The position numbers and the translations under genes were made by a program. From Selaginella moellendorffii (taxonomy: Eukaryota; Plantae; Lycopodiophyta): 64,000 bases of DNA. Below, piece by piece: positions 26,487 through 41,986 of this stretch (positions within the stretch are counted from its first letter, which is position 1; each line of letters starts with the position of its first letter). Location: NCBI RefSeq assembly GCF_000143415.4, contig NW_003314368.1, forward strand, positions 206,792 to 270,791, given 5' to 3'. Under the pieces are notes generated by a model. The model ran no database searches and had not been told where the DNA came from. It worked only from the letters and a program-made list of their open reading frames with translations.

Positions 26487-28649
26487 TGGCATATGATATA
26501 TGGCATGTGTCATGTGGCATAAAGAAGGTTTAGGTTCGGCTTCATGGTGTTATCCTATAGTAAATCACCATAAGATAAAGGGTTAAAACCACGTGCACTA
26601 CAGATGGTCCTTGTGAGTAGGACATGAATGCAAGAAGTTGTATTCTAGTGAATTGGCATCTCAAAAATAATTGCAAAACTAGAACCTTATGGGTCAAGTA
26701 ATAGGAAAGGTGTTTCTGGAAGAAAGCAATTTTGGCATAGAGTTACGTGTGAACACTATAGTGTAGTGTTAACTAATAGTTGGCATGAGAAACGACTGCT
26801 TTGATCTTAGCAAAGACCTAAACATGAGTGGAAAGTGTTGTGAAAGTAGGCTTGTGGAGCTGAAGGGGTGGAGACTCTTAATATTTCAAGGGATGAGTTC
26901 TTGAAGTCAAGTTGGCTGGTTCGTAAAAACTTTTTGCCAAAAGAATCCTAATAGAAATAGGATTGGCATAGTTTAAGATGGAAAGTATGCGATTCGAGTG
27001 TGTGGATCTAAATAATGGAGGTGTGGAAGCACCAACAATGAGTTGTAGGATTTGGTAATTATGAGGCAACTAAGCAAAATGTATGGCATAATTGATTAAA
27101 TTTGTAAAAGTTAACTTCCCAAGACTTTTTATTGCGATAAGAAGGTTAAATATATCCTTTGTGGGATAATTACTTATGTTGTGATATAGTGAGTCAATGT
27201 TATAAAGGGACATGCTCCTTATTAAAGAAGGCTATCATTGGGACACTTAAACATTCTAAAATACCAAGAAATGGTGTTTAATATCATGAGGGTTTTAAAT
27301 AAAACCTAAGAGACTAAGTCCCTAACAAATAATGGAGGAAGTGTTATTCAATGTCCAAGATTGATAAGAACTAAAGATGGGGTAAAGTCCAACTATCTAA
27401 AATGGATAAAGCTAAAAAGGATTTTAGCATAACTAGTAATGGGTATAAAAAGGCCTATGTGTAGCAACGTTAATCCTAATATATGGGATTACATAATAAG
27501 CTATCTAGATTGAAGAACTACTCCCTAAGTCATTGAATAGGTTCATCCTTAAGAATATTTACTAATACATGGTAGAAAGTGCAAAGCTACCTTTTTAGTC
27601 GGGAAAATAATAACTAAAGGGAAGTTGTAAAGCCAAAAGCAAATAGTAAAGAGATAGAATTGAACCATAGAAATTGAAGAACATAGTCAAGGTGGTTATG
27701 CAAGTTGGAAGTGGAGAAGTTAGTGGGTGCTCAAAGGTGTTGTTACTAGCAACCATGATGCTAAAAAAGTATGGAATTGTCCATGTTAAACCATATAGCA
27801 ATTAAAAGGCTTCCAAAAGGAAAGGCTTTAGTAAGCTAAAGGTTCAAAGTTCTCAAAAATAATTCTAAGTAAATCAGTACCTAGAAAGATAAGTGTAAAT
27901 AGTTCATAGAACATGCAAAATCGAAATGGCATAACAAAAGCGTGGTCTTAAAACTTGCCATGAGGCAAGGCTATTAAGGTTGGGGAAGTAATTCTTGAAT
28001 GTTCTAAGAGATAGCTTTGAACAAAAGTCGATGGTTAAAGACTTTCATATTTATGCATGAAACCATGTTATGCTGGTCGGGTGACTTGCTAATCGAGATT
28101 GGCAAGTTGGGGGAACAAAAACCCTAGTTGAAGCTATTGACTTAAAAAAGGGTGGCCCATGGGGCTAAACATAGAAGAGTCCATGCATAATCACAAATTT
28201 GTCAAGTGAGAGGATTTAGCAATTTAGAGGAACTAGGTTCTTATGCTGTGCTCCATAAAGCATTTTGGGTATAAATTAGTGTAACATTCTAGATGATGCC
28301 GTTCGTAGATGCATATACAGAGGTTGGGTTCAAGTCCTATCCCTCTAGTGCTTGGGTTCAAGTCCCAACAAGTGTGGTGATGGTTTGGAATATGAGGATA
28401 CTCATTTTTTGGTGGTCATAGACTCTCAGTAAAGAGATTGGCTTAGGCACACTGCCAAGTGGGGGATGCCCCAGAGTTATGATGCACGGTTAAATTACTT
28501 AGTCTGAAAGCTCAGCATATCTAACTTGAATACTTTGGTGCAAGTGGCACCAAATATGTGGTGAATAAAATAGGAACACTCAATCTTGGTTGTTATGGAC
28601 CTTTGGCTAGAAAGGCTAGCTTGGGTGCACTGCCAAGTGTGAAGGGTGC

Positions 28650-31600
28650 TGTCAGGAATCCCCCAATTCATACCACATTCCTGAATCTCATTGGATTCCT
28701 GACCTGCAGACCACATTCCTGATTCTCGAGACTCTTCCCTATTCCTGACTCTCTGATTTCCTATATGATTCCTGAGTCTTGAGCCACATTCCTGATGATG
28801 ATGTGGTGCCTCCTCGATCTCAGCTATATTTAGGTCGTCCTCGATCCAAGAGTGGTGGAGCTTCATCAACCTATAGTATATATAGGTTAGCCTTGTTCCA
28901 TTTCTCCACAATCTGAATCAACACTAGTCTAAGGTCTCTTCTTCGTTATTCACTAGCTTTTCTCTTTGTCTTTTGCATTTTCCAGTCTTGATCTTGTTGG
29001 GGGTCTTGATAGTTTGATTCAAATTGTGTTTTTTTGTTTTTTGCTTTAGCTTGTTTTGATTGTTTGACTGCCTTTGCCTTTTTTCCCCCCTTTTTTCTTT
29101 CTTCTTTTTCAATAGAGTCTCCAAGCCATCCTGATTTCTTTGCCGAAGTCCTTGCAAAAATCCAATTTAAGAATACCGAGCTAAAGGCGACCCTTCTTCA
29201 CATGCAGCAGGAGCTTGCTTCACTTTCGGCTCAAGGATCCAGCAAAGTTCCTGAACCGAATGTGAGTTTCCCGGCGAAATTTTCAGGGAAGCGTTCGGAG
29301 CTTCGTGGATTCCTGAACCAGATGGAGCTGATTTTCGCACTTCAACATCAGCGGTACCCCACTCCCGAGTCTCAAATCAGTGCGATTGGGACGTTGCTTG
29401 AAGGTGCAGCTTTGTCATGGTTTTCTCCTCTCCTAGAGAAGAGCATGAAAGGGGTCGTGGTTCCGGAGCTGATGGATCTTCAATTGTTCAAAGAAAAGCT
29501 CAAAGCATGTTTTGGCGAGATGGATCGGGTTCGGGCTGCTACCACAAAGATGAGATGTTTCTCTCAAGGGTCTCGTCCTGCCTCGATCTATGCTGCAGAG
29601 TTCCAACTCCTTGCCTTGGACACTTAGTGGGATGATTGAGCCCTAATTGATCAAATTTGTTTCGGCCTCAACAATGGTGTCAAGGATTTGTTGCTCACCA
29701 TGGAGGATCCCACGGACTTGTCGGACGCCATCAACAAAGCTGTTCAATGTGACAATCGTCTCTTTGAAAGTCGTCAGGAAAGTCGCCGAGCCGCCGTTTT
29801 CCCGTCCCAGACTCAGGAATCCCAGCTTGAGTCTACAGGGCATACTCCTGAACCTACTGCTCTGGTCCCGATGGATATTTCTGGTACTCCCCGACTCATC
29901 AGAGGGAAGTTGTGTCCTGCTGAGAAGCAATGTCGAATATCTCATAATCTTTGCCTCTACTGTGCTGATCCTAATCACAAAGCAGCTGTGTGTCCCAAGA
30001 AGCCTCCCCAACTGCTCGAGTTCACTCTGCCTCAAAGTCCACCTCTGTTGCAATCGGGAAACGACCCTGTCCAAACAGAGTAGGAGCTGTCTATTTGGAC
30101 TCCCCAAATAAAAATCATTTCTCTTCTTTATCAAGCTCCTCACCACCTTTCATCAAAGCCACCACCAATTCCCGCAACTTCTGCGTCCCATGTCTCCTTT
30201 CTTTCACCAGATAATCAGGACTCAAGGCTCTGGCACTACTGGACTCGGGTGCAACTTCCTGCTTCATGGACACGGACTTTGCTGCCTGACATCACATTCC
30301 TCTTTCTCCTACCATACGGGATCTGAGGGTTGAAGGCATCGGTGGGCATTTTGTGTCTCCATCTTCTGGACTTAGGGAAACGTTGCCCGTTCGAGTACAC
30401 ATCGGGTCCACCGTCACCGATATTGCCTTCAACATCATCAACAACAAGTCCTTCTCTGTGGTGCTTGGCCTCCCTTGGTTCTAACTACATCAGCCTCAGA
30501 TCTATTCGAAGGAATTACAGCTTGTCTCTCCCACATCACCATCTCCCACGGCTTCCCCTGCTGTTCATCGAGTCCAAATCAGGAACAGTTCCCTAAACTC
30601 AAATTAGGGTTCTATTCCTGACTCTACGAAGTTTTCACCCTCTTCTTTTTTCTCTCTTCCATCTTACACTGGATAGTATCCTCGTCTCATCATTCCATTT
30701 AGTCGTACGCCTCCTCCTATCTCCACAATCACTATGAAAGAACTCCCTCATGAAGAACTTATTTTCCTTTTTTCTTTGCATGTTTCTCCTGTCAGTCTTC
30801 CTAAGAAGTATCATGATTTTGGGGATGTGTTTGACAAGAAAAAAGCTAGCATACTGCCTGTTCATCGGCCTTATGATTGTCCCATTGATTTACAGGAAGG
30901 AGCGTCACCTACGTGGGGGACTATCTACGGGTTATCCCTGTCCGAGCTTAAGGCCCTCAAAAAGTACGTGGATGAGAACCTTGCCTCGGGGTACACTTAG
31001 CATTCGCAGTCCTCGGCTGGAGGACTTGTCTTCTTTGTCAAGAAGAAGGATGGGAGTTTGTAGCTAGTCATCGACTACCGAGGTTTGAACAAGGTGACTG
31101 TTCGGAATTGTTATCCGCTGCCCCTGATCTTGGACTTGTTAGAATGCCTCGGCAATGCCCGCTTCTTCACCAAGATCGACCTCCGTGGAGCATACAACCT
31201 GATCCGGATCCGACCTAGTGATGAATAGAAGACTGCATTCCGAACCCGCTATGGCCATTATCTACTCAAAAACTCAGGAGGAGCACGACGAACATGTACA
31301 CAAGGTGCTGGCAAAGTTGTGAGAACACGGCCTATATGCAAAGCTTGAGAAATGTTCCTTCGATCAGCAGTCCGTGGAGTTCCTTGGGTACATTGTCACT
31401 CCTGAGGGTATTACGATGGATCCTGCCAAAGTCAAGACTATTCTCGAATGGGAGCCTCCACAATCAATGTCGGACGTTCAGGTTCTCCTTGGCTTCGCCA
31501 ACTTCTACCGCAAATTCATTGATCACTACTCTGACATTGTCCTTCCTCTCACGCATCTCACTCGCAAGGATGTTCCCTTCTCTTGGTCTGCTGCTGCTCA

Positions 31601-34106
31601 GCAGGCCTTCGACACACTCAAGGCGGCCTTCAGTTCTGCTCCCGTCTTGATCCACGCTGATCCCTCACAACCTTTCTTCATTGAGGCTGATGCCTCCGAC
31701 TTTGCCATTGGTGCTATGTTGTCTCAACTCGGAGCAGATCACGAACTTCATCCGGTCGCTTTCCATTCTCAGAAATTCTAGCCTACGGAGATCAATTACA
31801 AAATCCACGACAAGGAGCTCCTTGCCATCGTGGATTCCTTTAGAGAGTGGCACCATTTCTTGGAGGGGGCGGGCCATCAAACAACAGTCTGGACGGATCA
31901 CAAAAATCTCAAGTACTTTGCCACTTCCCGAGTTTTGAGCCGTCGTCAAGCAAGGTGGGCACAATTCCTGAGTCGGTTTGACTTTGTTATCAAGTACAGA
32001 CCTGGAAAGCTTCAAGGCCTTCTTGATGCTCTTTCAAGGCGCTCTTATCTTAGTCTCAGGCCTGGTAATCGTACCTTTGATCAACAGGATCAAGTTATCC
32101 TTGGTCCTAATTGGCTTCAAGTTATGGCAATTTCCCTGGCCCCTTAGGACTCCTCCTTGATGGATGCGATCAGAAATGATCTTCAATCCGATGACCTCGC
32201 CAGTGATATTTTCCCCCATCTTCAAGCTGGACACCTAGTGACTCTCGACTGCCGGCAGTTTGACGAGTTCGAGTTCTTAGATGGCTTGTTGTACCGTGGG
32301 GAGCAGCTTTACATTCCTGAAGGTGATGCTCGAAGGTTGGTCTTGATGGCGTGCCACGATAGCCCGACTGCTGGTCACTTTGGCATTGCAAAGACCTATG
32401 AGCTGGTTGCACAGGACTTTTGGTCGCCTCACATGGATGACTACATCAAAACTTTTGTTACCTCCTGTGACACTTGCACCCGAAATAAGGTACCTCGCCA
32501 CCTTCCTTCAAGTTTGCTTCGTTCCCTCCCAGTCCCTTTAGGTCCTTGGGAATCCATCTCCATGGATTTCTTGAGTGATCTTCCGAGTTCTGGAGGCTTT
32601 AACAGCATTTTAGTCGTGGTGGATCGCTTCACAAAGATGGCACACTTCCTGTCGTGTACCAAGGAGTTTTCGGGTGAGGACATGGCAAAACTGGTATTCA
32701 AGGAAATTTTCCGACTTTATGGGATTCCTATAGATGTGGTTTTGGATCGGGGACCTCAGTTCATCTCTCATTTCTGGCAACGGTTTTTGCAGCTGCTTGG
32801 AGTGAAGGCTAACCTCTCTTTGGCGTATCATCCTCAAATTGATGGATAGTCCGAGCGAACGATTCAGACATTAGAACAATTCCTGAGGTGCTTCATTAAT
32901 TATCATTAGGATGACTGGTTCGATATCCTTCCCCTTGCTGAGTTCTCCTATAACAACTCTATTCACTCCTCTCTTCGAGTTTCCCCCTTCTTTGCAAATT
33001 CTGGCCAAAATCCTCGATTCAATCTCTCACTTCCTTCTCCATCCGAATCCTCTCATTCAAATCCCCGCTCTGAGACATTTGTCTCCAACCTCCAGGAAAT
33101 CCATAACTCCATCTCCTTCCACCTCCATCGTGCTTAGGAATCTCACAAAACCTTTGCCAATGCCCATCGTCAGGATTGTCCCCCTTACAATATTGGGGAT
33201 AAAGTCTGGCTCTTCAGGTGAAATATCTCCACCACCAGGCCATGTCCCAAACTCGATTTCAAATGCCTCGATCCTTTCCCTATCACTGCTATCATTAATC
33301 TTGTTACTTATCCCCTTGCACTTCCCTCCTCCTATCAAATTCACCTCGTTTTTCACTCCTCTCTCCTTAAGCTTTATATTCCCAGTCCTATTCCAAATTG
33401 GGTCATTCCTCCGCCTCCACCAGTGCAGCTCGAGGATGGGTCTGAGTACAAGGTTCAGGACATCCTTGATTCCAAGATCTCACGATCTAAACTCTACTAT
33501 CTGGTCGACTGGAAGGGTTATGGACCTGAAGAACACACTTGGGAACCTGCGGACAACCTGATTCATTCTCTTGACCTTGTTCAGGACTTCCACCGCCGCT
33601 ATCCTTCTCGTCCCAGTCCTCATTCTTTTTCTCCATCTCCCATCCCTCACTGCCCATTTCATCCTCCTCTTCGTTCTCATTCATGTCCTCGTTCCACTCG
33701 TTCTTGAGGAGGGGGTGCTGTCAGGAATCCCCCAATTCATACCACATTCCTAAATCTCGCTGGATTCTTGACCTGCAGACCACATTCCTGATTCTTGAGA
33801 CACTTCCGTATTCCTGACTCTCGAGACTCTTCCCTATTCTTGACTCTCTGATTTCCTATACGATTCCTGAGTCTTGAGCCACATTCTTGATGATGATGTG
33901 GCGCCTCCTTGACCTCAGTTATATTTAGGCTGTCCTCGATCCAAGAGTGGTGGAGCTTCATCAACCTATAGTATATATAGGTTAGCCTTGTTCCATTTCT
34001 CCACAATCTGAATCAACACTAGTCTAAGGTCTCTTCTTCGTTATTCACTAGCTTTTCTCTTTGTCTTTTGCATTTTCCAGTCTTGATCTTGTTGGGGGTC
34101 TTGACA
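28650..34106 (+). mobile_element. Full-length but defective chromovirus family B
   Basis: LTRs 28650-29011 and 33719-34106 differ in length by one 26-bp repeat; TSD GGTGC; PPT gaggaggggg; gag, PR, RT, RH (EADASDFA), integrase and chromodomain (YLVDWKGYGPEEHTWEP) with many stops. The RT YxDD block is deleted at ~31259 (RTRYGH joins IYSKTQEEH). Confidence 0.93.
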
Positions 34107-37100
34107 GGTGCCCCTGGTCAACAAATTAAAGATTTGGAAGACTTAATACCTATTGACATACTTGTTAAGGTGTCAAGGTGAGATCATTAGGTGATTCTAT
34201 GGCTAAACAAGGATAAAGTCTTTGCTAGGTTAAGGAATAAAATTCTTGATTCAAAGTGTTAATTTAAACTATTAGTTATGGTATGGATTGGTTGAGGTGA
34301 CCAAGTGGTGTTGGGGGAAGGAGGGGTTTCTCCCCCAACACTCGTTCAAACACGATAAATGCTTCAATGCTCTTTGCAAAATGCCCCCCTTTGCCCTTGT
34401 GGGGCAAGGGCTTTATACAAGGAAGATGGGGAATATTTTGAGGCTTCTCTCTCTCTCTCTCACACTTTCTCGGTAGCCATGCCCTAACATGCGACCACGA
34501 TGGATTGCACTAGCTCCAAACGCACGAGAACCCTCCGAAGAGTGTAGAGTGTACCTCTACTACTGATGCTAAGTGCTAGTAGCTACATGAAATAGTAGAA
34601 ACTCTAGAAAACAAAGTGGAAAAGAAAGAAAAGAGGTAGGTGTTAAGTTTGGAGACAGGGAGGAAAACCCGGTGGGAAACCCTATAGTCAAATTGGACCC
34701 TGAAGTTGAAGAAAAAGTGCAGAAAAAGTGTGAAAAGAGGAGGAAAATAGAGGAAAAAGAATGAGTACCCAAAGAACTTAACCCATACCTGGATTTAGGC
34801 TCAGGAAAGTGTAATATGCAAATGCAACCTCTTGATGACTTCTGGTATGCTCCAAGGATTGGCCGAAATTGAGAAAGAAAGAGAGGTAGAAGAGGGGATG
34901 TGTTGCCCAAGGGTGGTAAGTGTGGAAATGATGAAAGATGGAGTGATATGGTGGAGCGTCGAGATGGTGGTGGCACTCTAAAAAGGTGGCGATTAATAAC
35001 CGTTGGCCTGTAGAGTAAGTGCTGACCACTCGGAGTAGCCGATAACCGGTAACTAGTAACTAGTAACCAGTAACTAGGGAGCTATAACCTGTAACCGGTA
35101 ACCACCTGCTCTCGCTCCTACTCCTGCGCCTGCTCTAGCACCGATATGGTGGAGTGCTGAGATGGGGTGGCACTCTGAGAAGGTGGCCAGTCTGATATGT
35201 CAGACTGAAGAAGTCAGCAGCTGAAAAGGATGTCGTAGTCACTAGGTTGCCGATAAAGGGAGGTGGCATGTGTCCATTGAGTGTTGGAGCAGAAGAAAGT
35301 GGCTTCAGCTTCTGTGGCCTCGCCTAAAGATCCACCTTAGTGCCTTGAGTGAACAGATTCACTTGGTTGGAAGAAAGTCACTCTAGAAAAGCTAGTGTGT
35401 TGTCGACAAATGGTTGTAAGGATATCTCGGAAACGGCAGGTCCAAATGAGGTGGTGTCATTTGCTGCTGGTGCATATATGTGTGTCCGTGGTATGGTGTA
35501 AATGTGACCTCAAACAGAGATGTGAATGATGGTGAAAGAATGAAAGATGCAAGACGGGCCTCTAGAGATAAGTGTGGGCAACGCTGCTGGAAGTGATTGG
35601 TGATGGGACTGTGAGTGTAGATGATATGGAATGAGTGAGGGGAATGTGTGGGGTGTAGTAATGGTAAGGGAAGGACCAAAGAACCTGGAACATAGACCGA
35701 GCTAAGCAAGGACCCTCCATACAAACAGCAATGCAACCTGAGTGTGAAATCCAAGGCATGGGCCATGGTCCAATGGAGAAACACCCTCTGAAAGTAAGAA
35801 GAGGAGCCATGAAAGTAAAGTGAAAGAAAGGAAGAAAAAGAAAAAGAAAAAGAAGAGAAGAGGAACACCTCACCAGATGAAGCATTTGAGATGAGAGTGG
35901 TTGTGAGCGTGTGAGAGCTCACATCCATCAACATCAACTAGCACATATGCTCCACCTCCAATGTGTCGCTAGACAAATTAAGGGCCGGTCCAGCGAGGGG
36001 AGAACTTCGAAGGTGGAGTAAACTCCTTGAGTAGAACAAGATCGCCATCCTCGAATGGTTCAGCAGACTGTTGGTGATCAATGACTAACTTGATCTTCTG
36101 CTTGCCTCGAAGGAGATGTTCCAATGTGGATCATCGTTGTTCTTCCAAGGCAAGAACCTCCAAGTCACGTGCATGTAGCTTGTCCTCATTGCTAAACTGC
36201 ATCGCTACTGTGTATCGAAGTGAAAGTGAGAGTGATGGCACTTGGATCTCCACTAGAAGCACAGCCTCTGTCCCATAGACAAGGGAGAATGGGGTCGCGG
36301 AGATGGATGTCTTGAAGGACGTTCGAAAGGCCCACAATGCCGTAACCAAGTGTTTGTGCCAATGCCTTGGGTGATCCTCCACAAGCTTTGAGATGACCGT
36401 CTTCAATATTTTGTTGCTGGACTCCACTTGGCCATTGCACTCAGGATAATAGTTGCTGCTCTTCACATTCTTGACCTGCAGCCATTGGAGAAGATGTTGC
36501 ATCACTTGTCCAAGGAAGTCGCTGCCACGATCGGAAATCAAAACAGGAGGAACTCCAAATCGGCAAATGATGTACTCGTAGACAAACTTTGCTGTAGATT
36601 GTTGATCTGCCTGTCGTAGAGGGGTAGCCTCAACCCATTTTGTGAAATAGTCCATCACCACGATGATGTATCATTGTCCTTTTGAGCTTGGTGGGTTGAT
36701 CGGGCCGACGAAGTCAAGTCCCCACTGGAAAAAGGGACCCGGAGAAGTGATGATCTGGAAAGGAAGACATGGAACATGGCTCCAAGGGTTGAACCGTTGG
36801 CACTACTCACATGCCTTTGCATAGGCCAAGCTGTCCTAGTGAATCCGAGGCCAAAAGTAGCCATGGCGCAAGAGGAGCTGTGCTATGACCTGTCCCGAGA
36901 AATGCCCCGCACAAAAGTGGAAAGGGCGAAGGAGCTCAGGGACCTCGTGTTCCCCTACACACCGCAACAAAACTTCCTGAGAAGTCCTCCTATAAAGATG
37001 TCCATTGAGAAGGCAAAACCCCCGTGCTCGGATCTCCAATGCCTTTTATTGTACTAGTGAGGAATCTGCTGGGAACTAACCTGAATCCAGGTACACTACA

Positions 37101-40100
37101 ATGTCCTGTAATGCTGCTGGAACCACAAAGGAAGTAGCTTCAGCAACCAAGAACTCACTCAAATCCATCACACACTTCCACCGCATGTGAAAAGTTGGCT
37201 GGAACTCTTGGATGGTCACAATCCAAGATAAAGTACGAGGACTATGAACCAGTTGCTATAAAAGAAAGGTTAGCACATTAAAATAGACATGGAAATGGAT
37301 ACGAGCTCCAACGAGAAAGTGACGAAATCGCTCTAAGGTGTAAACAACAGCCATTGCTTCTTTTTCTGCATCCACGTACTTCTTCTCAGTCTCCTTGAAT
37401 GAATGGGAGGCATAGTATGTTGCATGTGGTGGCTTACCAGGCTGTGAGCATTGGCAAAGGCATACTCCAAAAGCCTCTGTACCCGTTGTGATGTAGATGT
37501 CAAAAGGAAGTCGTCACTCTGGTGGTTGGAGTACCGGGGTTGTGCGGAGTGATTGCTTCAGTGATTCAAAGGCTTGTTGCTGGGACTCACCCCAGGCAAA
37601 TGGAATGTTGTGTTGTAGCAGAGATATTAGAGGCTGTGAACGTACAGCATAGTTGTGGAGGAAACGGTGAAAGAAACCTGTTTGCCTGAGGAAGCTGCGA
37701 AGTTGCTTCAAGTTGGTTGGTGGGTTTCGGTCCAGAATCTCCTAAACTTTGGCTACCTGAGGTTTGATCCCATCCTGCGAGACATCAAAGCCTAGTAGCC
37801 GGCCTTCAGTCACCCCGAATTTACACTAAAACCTATGTTGTCGGCAGCGAGCGAAGATCTGTTCCAAGTGCACAAGGTGATCCTCAAAAGAGTCAAAGGT
37901 CATGCACAGATAATCCATATACACCCTCAAGGCACCTCCAATCAAATTGTGAAAGGCGTGGGTCATAAAGCGTTGAAAAGTACCTCCAGCATTACACAAG
38001 CCAAACAGGAGGACGTTGAAAGTGAAGACGCCCCAAGGTGTCTGGAAGGCCATAAGATCTTGATGATCTGGATGAATGAAGATCTGGTTGTACCTTGAAA
38101 AGCCATCCATGAAAGAGTAGTACCGGTGTCCAGCCATCTCATCCACAATCGCATCGATAAACGGAGTCGGAAAATGGTCTTTTGCAGTTGTCAGGTCTAG
38201 AAAGTCAATGCATAGGTGGAGTTTTCCATTTGCCTTGCATGCAGGGATGAGATTGGCCACCCACTCTGAGATCTCCAAAGGGTAAATAAAGCCGGTTGCC
38301 AAAAGTCACTCGATCTCCACATTCATCTCTGAGTGAGCTGTTGGGCTGAAATGCTGCATCTTTTGACGGACTTGTTTTGTTGACTCTGAAAGCATAATAT
38401 TGTGCATGATTGTGTCCATGGGAACTCCTAGAAGCTGGCTGTAGTCCCAAGCAAACACATCCTTGAAACAGTGAAGGAGAGCCAAGAGCTTCGCTACATT
38501 TGTTGAAGCAAGTGATGTGGCAATACAGACCAGGTCCTTGTCATTGCCTAGGAAAACAGCATGAACCCTGGAGTCTGGAGAAACCTTGGGCTCATGGGGC
38601 TCATCTATCTCAGATTCCTCCCTGACCTTGGAAACCAAAGAGCAGGGAGTGCCTTTTGCCTCTCGCATCATGGTGATTGCTTGATGTAATAACTTGTTTG
38701 CCCAAAAGTTTTCTTCACAAGGGACACTTTGAAAAGTCACCTAACACTACTTCCAGTAAGCTTGAAACCATGTGATGTAGTCAAGAACAGACTCATAAGC
38801 ACCCTACCGGAACATAAAGGGGTCTATAAGTAGCTGGTTTTTCTTCAACGAAGCATTCTTTGAAAGAAGCAAGTAGTGTCTAGAAGTTTGTCCGGTCCTT
38901 TGGGAGGAGAGAATCTGCCTAAGTTGCTATTTTTCCTTCGAGAGACTGCAAGAAGTCACGGCACATACAATCATCAACGATGATCATGTTTGTGGTGCAG
39001 TAGTAATCAAAGTGACTGATATGCGATGTTGGAGAGACTATTCCAACACCTGAGAAGGTTGGCAGATCACTCCCCTTCTACAAAACATGGAGTTGAGGTC
39101 GAGCTAAAGGTGGCTGCACCATAGCTCGTAGATCTAAGTCACTAGAATCTGCCGAGGATGAAGAGGACTCGGCTTGAGAAGGTATAGTGTCGTACCTAAG
39201 CTGCCTTTGGATATTAGAAAGTTTACTTCGTACCTTAGGGCCTTGAGGTATGGTAAAAGGGTGCCAGTTTGTAGTACATCTAGTTTGCACCGGCATCAAA
39301 TAAATGCCCGGTCAAGGCAACTGGGTTGACAGGAGCAAGAAGACTGTAGGCTAGTGCTCAAGTTGCACAAAGTTGCCCAAAATGCTTGTGATGAAGAGAA
39401 ATAAGGGTTGAAATGGAAGGAGATGTAGGCCTCAAGCACATGTAACCATTGACCTGTAGGGTAACTGCCGAAGTAGCCGCTGGAGTAGCCACTAGAGTAG
39501 CCAGTAACCGGTAACCAGTAACTAGTAACAAGTAACTAGGGACTTGTAACTAGTAACCACCTACTCTCACTCCTACTCCTGTGCATGCTCCAACACCAAC
39601 TCCTATCTCTGTGCCTATTCCTATTGTCCTTGTTCCTACCCAACTCTTATTCCTGCTCTTCCTGTCCCTATTCCTACACCAACCTATTCCTTGAAGATTG
39701 CTTCGTTCCCAAGGAACCCCCAACAATGTTTGGCCCAAAAAAGAAAAATGAGTCCTTTAATTTCGATCCTTCCCTATTTTGACTGTTGGTGGGCTTGTTG
39801 GAAAGAGCTCAGCCCTATCTACCCTCTATCACAGGAATTTCGGAAGAAACTGCCTCAATATTCCCCAAAATCCAAGAAGAGGTAGCCCAGAATGCCAATA
39901 TTGTGGAAAAACATGTGCATGTTTCTGATGTAGATCGATAATAAGGCGTTGTTGGTATTTTCAAAAAGCTTAGGACCAAGAGCACCTCTAGAAACAAATG
40001 GCACCCAAAACTAAGCCCGGAGGAGCATGAATTCCTACTACAAAGATGACCCAATCGAGCCAGAGAAGAAAATCCTCTTGCATGCCGCCAATTTGGCCAA

Positions 40101-41986
40101 ATTTAGCGCTAAGAATCACCACTACTTGTAGATCTAGGCCAGATCTACAAGCTCAAATGCACTACTTTGAGAAATTGGGCTGAGGATCTAGGCGAGAAAG
40201 TGAAAACCCTAAATTGTTCTTCAAACCCAAGCCAAGAAATGTTGTATCTTTTCAAATACTGCACGGCTTGATGAGCGTTATACTTTGTTGGAAAGAGGAG
40301 CTCCAAACCTTTCTAACACGCCCAAGATCAAACAAAACCACCACAAAACAAACAAATGCTCTATTTCGTTAAAGTGGGATTTATTCAGTAAAATGGGACT
40401 AGGTACAAATTTTCAAGTATTTGAAAATGACGTGAAATTATATGTTTTTTGTCCAGGGGCTAGACATATCTGGGGCATGGTGACTAGCGCAGTGACTTTG
40501 TGTCCAGACTGAGTCCATCTGGTTGTATAATAAATCTCATTGTCAAGGTGAATAAGCCAAATCTGAAGCTAAAGAAGAGCGATGGCATGCGCGCACACAC
40601 TATTTGTTTGTTCATTGAGCGTGTGGTGAGCTTTCCAAGATGAACGTCATTCCTATTAGCCAGACATATAACTTAATGGTGAGAACATTTAGATATTATT
40701 CAATGTTATCTTTTTCTAACGAATCTAATTGTGAAGGTGTAGCAAGAGGCATTGCTAGTCTGGAGAAGTCATTTAACTCATTTGACCCTTAGTGTATTTT
40801 CATGAAACTAAATAACATTCATATTATTAAGGAATTTCTCTAGTACCTTTTTTTTATGACATAGAGGCTTGCATTTCTTTCAAAGGTGATTTAGTAAAAG
40901 GCCTGAGGGCACATGCCATTCTATTTCTCAGACCAGTATTAAGATATACTAGTGCAAAGGGAAAAAGGTATTTGGTGATCAAGTAAATGGCATGAGGGCA
41001 CACGCCATTATAAGCCTAAGCGCTAGTGGACACCTCCTTTTTGGTACTCTCAGCGGTACTATCATCCTTCTCCGGGTCAGTTGTTTTGCTTTGGATTGTT
41101 GTCTCTGACGTTACTGGGGCGTTCTCGATAGTTGTTAATGTTGCCGTTTGTTCAGAAAAATGATCACCTGGAGTATAGTACGGGGAGTTTGGAAGACTTA
41201 TATATTCTACATCTTCACCTATCTCCTTCTCCGTCTCCTTTTCTGCCTCACTTACAGATTTTGTGCTTGCCATGAGAACGCTCTTCACCCTAAAATATGG
41301 AGTTCGTTGTGTTATAAAAGGAAACCAACACACATGCTGCAAGGGAATGATGGTACATAAAGCACGTAAGCCCACAATATGGGTTTATGTGCCATTAATA
41401 TGGGCCACATGCCATATTATTAGATTTATGCACGTGTGATTGGTAAATGCATATGTCACATCATCTTTGTTTTACCTCACACACTATATCAGGCCTAATG
41501 AACCATATCACATGTGCGCACATGCTATATATATGGAGAAGTATTATGCAAGGATAGAAAAATTCAATGCATGATTGTGGAGAGCAATGGCATTAAGCCA
41601 CATGCTAAATAACATTTTAGAGAAAGAATTAAAATAAAAACATGCAAACAGTACTGAGTGGACCAAGACTTAGAAGTGCACAATTGAATGAGGTATTTCT
41701 AATAAATATTTCACTCACCTCATATAAAAATGGCTACCACTCTCAAATGGCGTATCGCCTCATGCCATCACCTCGCAATTTGTTATAACAATCCGATGAA
41801 TTCATATTCGGCTTGTTCACCTTGAACTTTAAGTAAGATTTGCTAGAACAACTAAGAATTTATACTTGTTATTTGTATCATCTCACCTAGGAATGGCGTA
41901 AGGCCACATGCCATCACGCCTCCTCTGATTCAGATTCGGATTGTTCATCTTGAAATAAAATACATTAGAAACTTAGTAAAGGAATA

